Source of the DNA: Azolla caroliniana
Taxonomy: Eukaryota > Plantae > Polypodiophyta
Assembly (NCBI GenBank): GCA_043228905.1
Contig: JBHGNT010000009.1
Location: 1,426,001 to 1,490,000, forward strand
Direction: 5' to 3'
Length of the DNA stretch: 64,000 nucleotides
The translations under genes were made by a program, and so were the position numbers. Numbering within the stretch: the first letter of the stretch is position 1; every line of letters begins with the position of its first letter. The notes beneath the pieces are model-generated. The model saw only the letters and a list, made by a program, of their open reading frames with translations. It was not told the origin of the DNA and searched no databases. Shown here piece by piece: positions 25,015 to 37,149 of the stretch.

Positions 25015-25578
25015 ATGGCCGGCAAGATGAGAGTGGAGATCCTTTTGGTACTCTCTTGTGTGATTTCGTTGGCATTGATCGGTGATGTGGCCGAGGCGCG
25101 GCGTAAACCACCTCAGGGCCCTAGTCATTTCACATTCTACATCCACAACCAAGTCTATAACCCCGCGGTAAACAACTCGGTCTTTACCTCGGTGTATAGT
25201 GCGGGCCCTTTGAATTTGAGCCAGCCCAACCCATATAGCTTCGGGGTACGCTCCACATTCGAGGTGAACATCACAACGGGGCCATCGCCGACCTCGAAAC
25301 GCATTGGTGTGGCGCAAGGCATGTGGATCCTCGACTCCCAACATAAGTATGTCCTTTTCCACATCTTCACGGCCACATTCACCGAGGGTGCGTACAAGGG
25401 CACCCTCGTGATAATGGGTCAAGAAGACGAGACCCTCGCGACTCGGTACCTCCCCATTGTCGGGGGGACCGGAGATTTCCTAGCCGCACGCGGCGTGGCC
25501 GTTTCCAAACTAACCGTCATTGACCACAAACCCCCCGCAAACTGGACCCTTCTCTTCGATTGCGATCTCTACTACTGA
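25015..25578 (+). CDS. Dirigent protein, type A copy 2
   Basis: Differs from 12430-12993 by one residue (VVEA vs VAEA, in the signal peptide). Confidence 0.93.
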   Translation: MAGKMRVEILLVLSCVISLALIGDVAEARRKPPQGPSHFTFYIHNQVYNPAVNNSVFTSVYSAGPLNLSQPNPYSFGVRSTFEVNITTGPSPTSKRIGVAQGMWILDSQHKYVLFHIFTATFTEGAYKGTLVIMGQEDETLATRYLPIVGGTGDFLAARGVAVSKLTVIDHKPPANWTLLFDCDLYY

Positions 25579-27415
25579 TTTTCGGTACCTTTATGTCAGT
25601 CTGAAAATTACTGTACATATTGATGCAATCATTCTTCTAATAAATTTCTAATAAGTCCCCCCTTGAGACCCAAGATGTAAACCACCCGTTCATTCCTCAT
25701 AATAAGTTGTAAGTTTATTGTCTTCGTTCATTTGCATCTTAAGAATAAGAGCCTTAAACTATTGTTTTTCAAAGTGACATATCTATTTATTTTTTTATTT
25801 TTACCAAAGCACCGTTTTAACTAACTAATTGCATCAGTAGCCCTACTCATTTTGAGCGCCTACAATACCATTCATGGCAATTTAATTAGCATATAAGTAA
25901 CAAGTAAACCCATACTTAATTCATAATTAGCAAATGAGAGCCGATAAAGATAATAATATTAATCAGACTATCTTGATCTAGATCTATAATAGGGGTATTT
26001 TGCTAGAATCGTGAGGCTATTTTTTGGTATTTTAACAAAAGAGGCCTGGTAATTTTGACCTAATTCATGTGTAGGGCGTATTTTGGTAGTTTGTTAAAAG
26101 GTTGAGGTGATTTAAAATAAAATGGGGGTATTCATTGATCATTGCGGTGAGGGTTGCTTACAAATTGGAAAGGAGGAGTTTATAAATAAATGTTTATGAG
26201 GGTATTTTGGTCATTTGACAAAACATAAGGGTATTTCATACTTTGTTGAAATATTAGTAGTGTTATGGTGTTCTTTTTAAGCTTTTACAAATTGGTTCCA
26301 AACATATTTCCCTAGGGAGGATCTTATAAATGTTATAAGCACCCTTTTCAACTGTATTTGTCAAGACATATTAAACAAAAGAATTGCATGTACGATGCGA
26401 AAATGTAGCTAAATGTAGATGCTTAATACCATATGAAAGTGACAAAGCATGCAAATATATAAGAATAAATAAGAGAATCGTTGGTCAAAAACAATTTAAC
26501 AAGATTTTACTTCTATGAATATATAGGCACTTTCTTGGGACATCCATTGTAAAGGATGCTCAAACCATGGTAGTAGGTAAGTTTTTATTAAGCGTCTAAA
26601 AATGAGTATTTACTAAGTATCTGTATGACGAAGACAATATTGAAAATTTGAACCTTAACAAATGGTTCATAATTTCACACCTTGCAAATTATTGCTAGAA
26701 TATACATTTTGCCACAATCAGGTGATTATAAATATGTATATTCAAGTCATGTAATATCATCATACTTTGATATAATCATATTGTCATTAGGACGCAAATA
26801 TGTTGGAAAATAGCTCATTAATTTTTTGTTCTGTTTTTCGAGCATTCCATGGCTCCATTGTTGTAGAATACTAATTACCATACAATATGCTAAGTATTCT
26901 ACCTTTTTTTATAAACACTTAGAATGCGTATACTATAGATAAAATACATTAAATAAGTAGATTAATATGTGCAGAATGTGTTCAATACTTATTAAATGGT
27001 AAAGTCCTTAACATAAATAAATAGATTTTTTAGTTTTACTGTTTTTTGGAAATATTAAATGCTTGTTAAATACATGGAATACTTTAAATACTTAGAATAT
27101 GTACATATGTGAAACATTTTAAAATGGTAATTCTAAAACGTCGAATATTTGTAGAATACTTCGATGTATTCTAAAGATAAAATACACATTTTTTAACAAC
27201 TAAACGTGGCTCTTTACAAAGTAGTAGTCAAGGTCAGGTGGCATCTATGTATGTGCTTGATGTAGATTGAACACCATCTATGAAACCTAAAGTCAACGTG
27301 TGAATGCCATCTTGTCTTTTAAGACATATCATCTTTTAGTGCATCCCATTCAAACAATTGATTCCATCACTAGCTTTGCTTGTCACCGAAACATTAGAAT
27401 TATTGTTTTACCTCT

Positions 27416-27535
27416 AATAAGGTTGTGTATTTTTTTTCCAAAAAAAACCACTACTTCGCATTAGTTAGCAAATAGAATACAACAAAGTTTATCCAAATAC
27501 ACAATGGGATCAACATATAAATAAGGTTGTGTATT
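27416..27535 (-). mobile_element. ~88 bp retroposed insertion with poly(A) tail and 16 bp TSD
   Basis: aataaggttgtgtatt at 27416-27431 and 27520-27535 flanks a sequence starting with a T-run; single copy at the empty site ~14928. Confidence 0.75.
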
Positions 27536-29273
27536 CTGCCGCAGCTTGAGATAATTCAGTTACAGGATTTGGATATGGCTCAAGTTTCTTAGGTAAGGAG
27601 ACATCTTTAAGTTAATCAGAACACCCCCTTCCCCTTGTTCCTCAAGTATGACATGAGTTTTGGATGTGGGCTTGGTGGAGGTTTGACAAAAGTAAGACTC
27701 TCTTTGTTTTCGATTTTGCTTAGGAAAGCTTGAACCTCATTTCTCATGTTGTAAGTGTTGTGGTATGCAATATGGAAGGGTTACCACATGGAACATGACT
27801 TCAGAAGGGAATATGGATAACAAATTTAAGAAGGTGTGATCACCGCCATAAGTGTGTCACTTCACCTTTTTGTGGAACTAGACCATGAGTTCTTAGACTT
27901 GATTGCTAGTAGAGATCATTTAAGGTTTCTCCTCTACCAAGGTCTTAACTTGATATCTTTTATTGGTGGTGCCACAATATAGTACTCATGCTTGGTTGGG
28001 GATTCACTTACAATGTGCTAGCCATGGTAATTAAAACCTTTCAAGCATCTCTTCTGAGGTGGTTCTTATGAACCATAGAGGCTGTCACATCGATCCCCCA
28101 AAATGTGTACAATAGCTAGTAAATACTTAGTTCTACCTTTATGTGGTGTGACAACACCCCTTCCTATTTTCTTTGTTCATGTTTGTCATGCATTATTTCT
28201 CTATGGTACAATGAATCTTACCTCCCCAAGTTTAATTTCCATCTTATAATCATATTCTAATCTACCAAGCTTATTTCAATTTGACGCATTCTTTGTTCTA
28301 GTTGTAAGCATCATCGTGAGTCGTGACCAATGACCTAAACAACAATATGACTCCTTCATTGGTAATGAAGATACCATCTTTCAGAAACAACAGTCCTGCT
28401 CATTGTGTGAAGGCGAGTGGAAGGTATTGTTCTTCTTTGTGGAGAGAAATGACAAAATGGTTTGGCTCAATATAAAATGAGGAAGGGAGGGCTTGTGTTG
28501 GTGCTGATTTTTGTTGGGCCTTTTTTTACTAAGTAAATTTTGAGTATTTTAACTAGATTAAGTAAAAGTTGGGTATTTGAAATTGATGAGACATAATCGG
28601 GCATTATGTGATTCAATGACAAATGAGGAGGTTGGGTATTCTAACTCGATTGGGGCAAAGTTGGATATTTGAAATTGGTTGAAACACAATTTGAGATTGT
28701 TAAATACGTTGAAAAAAAACACCCCTTGATAACAAATGTGTGCTCTGATATTCGGTGTTTATGCATGAAAGAAATGTTCTTGTGACAGTAGATTGAAAGT
28801 TGGAAATCTACCTGAAAACATGAAAGATGTGAAAGGATGGCATTAAAAGAGAGCGTGTTGGTGCATGTTGACAATCAAAGTTATAATAGAGATGAATGTT
28901 GACAATGAGAGTGCATACTTCTCAAAAGTTTAATGCAAGTGGAAAATGTGTGCTTGGATGGATGGACAACATATTAACTTGATTAAGAAAGTCATCCATA
29001 AGAAATATAATATCGATGGTAAGTTGTGTTACTTTTCGACGACCTTGCAAATATGTTGGTCACACTAGGAAAGGGTATTTGCGGTGAAGGAAGACCGGTC
29101 CATGTCAACGCTCCTCCTAATCCTCTATATATTGACAACTTTACACTCACACCTTTCCATCAAACACTTACATACAAGCCCTTCTTAGAGATATATCTCA
29201 AGAACCCACCCAACCCATTCACATCTACACTAGCTTGTACACATCCTAAATTTGCACCTTACATACATCACAG

Positions 29274-29834
29274 ATGGCCAACATGATGAGAGTGGCCATG
29301 CCTTTAGTGCTTTGTGTGATCGCTTTGGCTTCCATCGCAAATGTGGCGGATGCGCACCGGAAACCGCCCCAAGGCCCCGATCATTTCGCGTTCTACATCC
29401 ACAACCAAATCTACAACCCGGCCGTGAACAACTCGGTGTTTAATGCAGTGTATAGCGCAGGGCCATTCAATTTCAGCCAGCCCAACCCATATAGCTTCGG
29501 GGTACGCGCCACGTTCGAGGCGAACATCACGACGGGGCCATTGCCGAACTCGACACACATCGGGGTGGCACAAGGCATATGGATCATCAATTCCCAACAT
29601 AAGTTTGTGCTCTTCCACATCTTCACGGCCACGATCACCGATGGCCCACACAAGGGCACGGTCGTGATATTGGGGCAAGAAGACGAGACCATCGCAACAC
29701 GGCACCTAGCTGTGGTGGGCGGGACCGGAGATTTCCTAGCCGCACGCGGAAGCGCAGTGTCCACACTTACCTTCATCAACCACGTCCCGCCCGCATATTG
29801 GACCCTCTTCTTCGACCTCGATCTCTACTACTGA
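29274..29834 (+). CDS. Dirigent protein, type B copy 2
   Basis: Differs from 19475-20035 by one residue (ADARRK vs ADAHRK). Confidence 0.93.
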   Translation: MANMMRVAMPLVLCVIALASIANVADAHRKPPQGPDHFAFYIHNQIYNPAVNNSVFNAVYSAGPFNFSQPNPYSFGVRATFEANITTGPLPNSTHIGVAQGIWIINSQHKFVLFHIFTATITDGPHKGTVVILGQEDETIATRHLAVVGGTGDFLAARGSAVSTLTFINHVPPAYWTLFFDLDLYY

Positions 29835-32800
29835 TCATGTGTCTCCCCCCCCCCCCCAACCCCCCCCCCAACCCTTATATTGATAAAACTATGCGATTTG
29901 ATCTGATGTATTTGTATTCCTGCATAGCAAATCTGTAAGAACCCAACCAAGCATGCCCCTCTCTCTTTGTATAGCCACCATTTCATTCTCCAAATAACTT
30001 GTAAGTCAGTGTTTGCTTTGAAGCTTACATTTTTGCCCTTTATCGAATAAGATCCGTCCTTAACCCATTGTTTTTACTTGACAATTTACTTTTTTGACCA
30101 AAGCAAATTACTCCCGAGTACCCTTAATCACATCTCAAATTCCATCGATGACGCTGCTTATTTTGATATCCCACTATTCAAATCATAATAACCTAATTAA
30201 TTTTGGTGATTTAAAATAAAACTAGGGGCATTCTTGATCATTTTCGCGATGGTCCCATTCGGATTGAAAGGGAGGATAGTATAAACATTTGAAGCACCCT
30301 TTTCAACATTTCGGTGGTTGTTTGTGAAGTTCGGGCTATTTCAGTCATTTCATAAAATGTAGGGGTGTTTTGATAATGTTTTCATGCAATGCCCTGTTCA
30401 AGTTGTTTTATTAATCTTTGTAAATTCAATAGGGAGGATCGTATGAATATTTTAAGCGCCCTTTTCGTGGGTATTCGTCAAAACATGAAACAAAGAGTAG
30501 TGTAGGAATACGTAGCTAGTGGTGCCATTGATTGAAAGCGACAAATCATTCTTTTGAGGAATAATTGTGAAAATTAATTGAAAGGGATTTTACTCCTATT
30601 GATATATTTAGAGAGATGCACTCTTTTTACACATATCCATCGTAAACAATGCTTGAATGTTACGAGTAGGTCAAAGTTTTCACTAAGTGTCTAAAAATTT
30701 GTATGATAGACATTAGAGATGATATTAAGCGTTAGTAAATGGCTTACAATTTCACGCTTCAAACGATTGCGAATATACGCTTCACCACTATCGTAGAATA
30801 AATACATTTGAATCATTCAATGTAATTATACCTTGGTATAGTCATATCAACATTAGAATGCAAATTTGTTCGAAACTAGTTATATAATATTCTGTTTTGT
30901 TTTCGACAACGAAGATAAGAGGCATTTGTATACATGCTCAATGTCGAGATCAAACATTGACTTTGCAACTTCAACTAGATGTATTAAATGCCACACTTAC
31001 AAGTTTTGTGTCGTGAATGGCATAGGCTAATGTAGGTTCCATCTTACTTGGTGATCCCTTAAACAAAGACTGTGACAAAGACTGTGTATGATATGCATAT
31101 GATTTCCAGAGTGTTACATGTTCAAGAATAACTCCATCCGTTATGTTTGGCTAATAATATCCCTTTAACCTACGAATTTGTGCAATAATTGAGTTTGGTG
31201 GAAAATGTGTGGAAAGCATAGCCAAATGTGATCAAAGGTAGAGCATTGTATCAAGTATCAACATTTGACACTCAAACTCCCCAAGTTGTTTTTGACAAAG
31301 CGTGCATAATTGACTACTCTCGTCACTTGTGCCGCCCCAATGTCCCATCACCCATCATAGTGTGTGTGAGCTAAGTGGTATGTGAGATAGATGGATATAT
31401 ATATATCTTCATATTTTTTCCAACAATGGTTTATATTATGGTTAAAGTGATTCAAATGATACACGGACACTCCCAAATATTCTTAACAACTTCATCATGG
31501 ATTTTTCACCTTTTTCAACTGCTCTTAGGCTACCACATACATTCATTAGTGCACCACATTATCTACCAAAACATTGCTAAGTATAGTACAAAATGTTTTC
31601 CAAGCAATCTCTTATTGATGATCTCCTCATGAACTTCCTTTCCCTTATCAACTTCTTGTACATGGCCACATGCCTCATTTCGGTGGTGGAAATATCTACT
31701 GAAGTGGCTAATACCTCCAACGTATACAACCATTAAACATGAAGAAAACATTCAGTCTTTCCCATCTCTTATTAAAAACATCTTGCTTGCGAAAGACTAC
31801 ATGTGAATCACCCTTGATAACATCATATTCTCCTTTTAGTGTATGCACCAAAGTTAGCCAAGTTTCCTTTACTACATCCACAACATTCCATTGAATTTCC
31901 TGAAATATCCTTTGACTGATATATCTCTTTTTAACATCCATGGGAGACCGATTACGATTATATAGAGATAGTGATGTTGTCAAAGTGTCAAAGATGTACC
32001 TCTTGAGAATTTAAGACCCAAGAGCCCAACATTGATTTCTCGAAAGAAACAATAGGTTGAAGATGCCTAGAGAGTGGGGCAATGCTTAAGCACTATATTC
32101 CAAAAGGGATACAACCATAAATGGTATGATACAACAACAGTTACCCTCTCGGCGTATATTATCTCCTTTCATAGTCAGGGTTATGAAAATCACAAATATG
32201 CAAACTCAAGGTAATGAGAACACTTACTTCATGAGTATCATGTTTCTACTTCAATATGAAAATTTGCCAATCAAAGACAATGAAGATGTTCAAGAGAAAG
32301 AAAGTAGTTTATTAACCCTACTCTTATAGCAAGGGGCAATGACATGGGAAAAGCAATTCTTAGATAATATAAAATTACGATTCTCATCTCAAAGTTTTCC
32401 GATTTGTGGATCTTATCTAGTAATTGGTTCCTTAAATGCAACATGTTCGTTGTGCACATGTAAAATATTATGTTGGTCCACAACATTGGGAATATCTAAA
32501 CTTCTTTCGAGCACAATCTAATTTAAAGGATGTCCATTTTTTGAGCCCTATCTAATGGTCCATTTACCCAAGCCTTCATTCCCAACATAACAATTGGTAA
32601 GAGAAACATGGGATGCATGAAGGCTTGGATGTAATACTCACAACACAAAACATTTGGCATCATAAAAGATTCCACAAGCAACATAAACCTCACATCCCTG
32701 TCCTAGTGATTGAGACACGTGTAAGGATGTTAGGAGTTTCACATTATGTAGTATAATTAGAAAATGAAGCAAGTTACATGATACTGCCTCCACACATACA

Positions 32801-33317
32801 TAAGAGAAGAATTTTATCACCTTTATTTTTCCATTGTCAATGAGCTTAGAGAGAGTTATTTGGTAACACCTCTCCAAGTGATGCATCACAACCCAAATTC
32901 ACATTGAACAACTGTAAGGGCAAACAACACAAACCATTCCCTAAGGGACCTTGGTTTCCACTCATGTTCAATATGAGTAGGTGACAAATGGGCATCAAGC
33001 CTTTGGCATGACTGTTAGCATGTCCTTACGATGTATTTTTTCCAAGTTCAAGTGGGTCGGCATGGACTACCCGATTCTATGGCAAGAAAGGCATGATTGG
33101 TGCTCGTTATGATGGATATGAGAAATGTGAATTCGACACAACAAAGTCCAGATATTTCTTTTCTTCAAGGTAGGGATCATCAAGATGACATGTAATGTAT
33201 GGTGCATCGAGTCAAGTAAGAACCACATCGAATGAAGGATCTCTATGGGTATATACCCACTACTTAACTCTACAATTCCTACTAGACTCTCTCTAGTGCT
33301 ACTCAAGTGGACTCTAT

Positions 33318-35480
33318 AGGGGAAACGTGTTGAGAGTTATGGTGACTTAACTCTTCACGACTTGTCTATGCATTGTAAGAATTTATATGAGTTATCTCTT
33401 GCCGAAAAGATTATGTGTTATGGTTCTCTTTCACATATGCCTCTCTTCTTTACAATTGAAGATATATGCATAGGACTTAAGAAATTGGCCTCTCGAAAGG
33501 CAAGCGATCTTCAATGTATAAAGGCTGAAATGTTGAAATGGACAGGAAAGGAAGCACATGTATGCATAATCGATATGTTTAATGATGCATTGCAACATGG
33601 TATGTCGTACAATTGGACTACAAATTGGATCAAACCTTTACATAAAGGTGGAGATGTAAATAATGTAAACAACTATCGAACCATCATGGTTGGTTCATTA
33701 ATGGCAAAACTGTTTGGATGTATAATGGAATTAAGATAAGTGTATGAGCTGAAAAAAATGGTAAGAGCACTTATGGACAAGCTGGCTTTCGAAAACACCA
33801 TAGCACCATTGATCACCTTGTCACCCTTCGAGTATTAATGGAGGAAAGTCGCCTTAGAGGTAAAGGTTTATATTGTTGCTTTGTAGACTTCAAGAAAGCT
33901 TTTGATATGGTACCTCGTGAGCATCTTTGGAGCCGAATGGAAGAACTTGAGGTGCCAAGTGAATATATGCTTGCAATTTCCCGAATTTATGAGAACGTTA
34001 TATGTTGTGTGTGTATGAGAGATCAACTTTCCGATCTTTTCAAAAGCAATATTGGTGTTAAGCAAGGATGCCCACTCTCACCAACACTATTTAGTCTATG
34101 CATTGATGAATTAGAAGAAATGGTTACCAAGTTTGCAAAGGAAGAATGTGTTGAAGAAGTTGCCATTGGGAATGTCGTGATTATGCTTTTGCTATATGCA
34201 GATGATGTAGTGCTTTTTGCAAATACTTTAGGAGATGCACAAAAGCTAATGAAGGCATTGGAAAAAAATTGCATGCATACTAAATTAAGTGTCAATAGCT
34301 CTAAAACAAAGATTATGCTTGTGAAGAGCCAAAAAAGAGATAAACCATGCATTATGTACAACAATGAGCCACTTGAATGTGTGGAAAGCTTCAAATATCT
34401 TGGCCTTGAAGTTCCTTCAAATCATAGATGGAATGAATGTGCTACACGCCTCTTAGAGGCAGGTAAGCAAGCATACCATGCATTTGAGAACACATGCAAT
34501 CTTGGAGATATTAAGTGTTGGGTCCTCAAGAAATATCTTTTCGACACTTTGGTGACACCGGTTCTTCTCTATGGGGTGGTAGCATCCCTAAATCTATGTG
34601 GAAAGAGTTTGAAAATGTCCAAAAACATTTTCTTACAAAGTTTCTACAAGTTAAGAAACAAATGCCCTACACCCTCCTCCTTGAGATGGGATCGCTTCCC
34701 ATTGAGATCATGGCCATGGAAAGGGTTCTTGAATACATGCTTAAGGTTCAAAAAAGTCCCTCACATCGACTTCCTAGAAATGCATGGGATGCAAGCAAAA
34801 ACATCCAAATATGCATAAAAGCAAAATTTTATGTTCGGTTGGATGCAAGATATAGAAAAATGGTTTGATAGATGGGATGTTAGACACTTGCTTCATCATG
34901 CATCACTAGATTCCTCTATAAATGAGGCCTTTTTGCAACGCCAATGTATCATGACATGGGACAAATGTGGAGGCTCACGCTTCACACATTATACTACACA
35001 TGTTGCACCTAACTACAAAACCATATTCTTTGCAAAACGGGGAAATTGTACACATCGATACATGTTAGAGCCCATATCGTTATCTGTCGTTCGAACCATT
35101 GCTTCCATGCAACTTAGCTCACATGCATTGCGATGTGAGACAGGGTGTTGGGGCACAAGTGATGAGAGCGGTCGGCTATGCACACTTTGCCCTAAACAAG
35201 TTCGCGAGTATGTGTATCACACCTTGATGCAATGCTCTGCCCTTGATCATATTCGACCATGCTTTCCACATCTCTTCGACCGAGCCCAATCCTTGCATGA
35301 ATTCCTCTCACAACCACAATGTGCACTCTCGATTGCATCATTCATTGGTAAAGTTCTTGAACATCGAGAGTCACTACTCACTTTCACATGTATCACGTGA
35401 AATGTAATATTTTTTGTCTCATAGGTCATATTTGACCTCAAAAGACGATAATATAATCTATCTATCTATCTATCTATATA
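33318..35480 (+). mobile_element. 5'-truncated non-LTR retrotransposon (RTE/RTE-X-like LINE) with disrupted reverse transcriptase and (ATCT)n tail
   Basis: NNYRTI, CFVDFKKAFD, GVKQGCPLSP, LLYADD and FKYLG motifs; C-terminal LSSHALRCETG..RLCTLC..H..QC; stops and frameshifts; tail at 35456-35476; empty site at 41372-41390 (inverted). Confidence 0.9.
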
Positions 35481-37149
35481 GTCCCTCCAATCAAAGTGCA
35501 ACATGTGCACAAAAAATGATAATTGAAAGCTATATGTATGTATGTATGTATTTCTCTTTTGTTGCACTAAAAACAAACAATACTACATCCATCCCATCAT
35601 TCATTGGAAGCTTCTTTTATAAGAAATATATGTATAGTATAAAGCCATTGAAAGTAGCCAATGTCTGAATCTCTCATCATTTTCTTTTCTCTCATGAATA
35701 TACTTGGAAGTTTGTGACTCACATCATTGTTTCTAAAGACCCATCATACCCAAGAATCTCCCTCCCCTGTTCTCCGATGGATCCTGAGAAGAATCTAAAC
35801 AATACGCACAATAACATCCCCTCTCGGATAATAGTCTTGAAACCAAAATACAAGTAGAGTGTTGAATTCCAAATCTGTTTTGGTCGAGTTTCCAGATGAC
35901 TATAAGAAAGTGAGGGAAGGGGACAAGAATGTAGATCAGGAGTTCGATGCTGAAGATACAAGTATGAAGGTTTCGATGTACTATTCTAATTTGCATTATG
36001 TAGAGATGCTACATGAGGATTAGTCTTTTTACTCATGTTCTAGAGCCCTAGAATTTGAAACATGATTAGATATGGTTGTATCCACTAAGCAGTGCTTGTA
36101 ATATTCCACTGAATTCAAGATTGGTTGATTCAGTCTAAATATTGATGTTTAACAATTCAAGTATCTTTTATCTAAGTTCATCAGTGCTTGGTTTACAAGC
36201 TATCATATGTATTTTGAATGTCTCGTCTATTATGATTCAAATCCTACAAGCTACTGTATGAAAAGAGTCTTGTAATTAAAATTCTAACAAAAACAAAGTC
36301 ACAAATGTCCCATCTTTCTATCTCTACAAGCTAATATACCAAAAGATTCCAACCGTTCAAATTCTAACACAAAAGCAAAGTCAGACATGCTAGTTAATCA
36401 AACACTGACAAGACAAGGAAAGGAAACATGCATGAAAACCAAACAAGGTAAAATGAAACATCTCTTATGATTTAGAACCAAATTATTAAAAGTAAAATAT
36501 TGAAAAATTGTATGAAAGCTCATAGACTCCCTCCAAAGAGAGCCTTTATTGTGTCATTACAAGCTAAAGATTTATCTTCAAGTGACATTCTTTCAGATAT
36601 ACAATACCCTTCGATGAAAATACAAGGAAAGAAAAGGTTCTTACATTTTATGTATTTGAGAAATCAGCACATTGCCTAATGAATGTAGAACTAATGTATA
36701 TTTGTACAACATGAGGTTAGAATCGAGAATGTATAACTAATGCGTCTTTGTACAACATGAGGTTGGAATCAGGAAAAAAGTACATGACTTTGTGAAGGAA
36801 AGCCCCAAATCCACAAAACCAAAGTGTAACACATTTGAATCCATGAAACCCCATCTTAACTTGAGAGGATTCAGAAGACCTAGTTATCAATTTGGGCTGA
36901 ATGTAATGAACTGATAACACAAAAATCAACTTATAAAGTTCATACCTAACCATTTCAATAAGTTGCACCCATCCCACTCCACTCTAAAAATCTATCCATT
37001 CAAAGTTGTTTGCATATATGGTTGATAACAAAAAGAACTCCAAAGTTACAATGGAAAGTTAAAGAGGTATGTATATACAACAGGAATAGTTTACAGAATG
37101 TTTCTCTATAACAGTGGTTATGCAGAGCAGGAGTCTACATTCCATGTGT

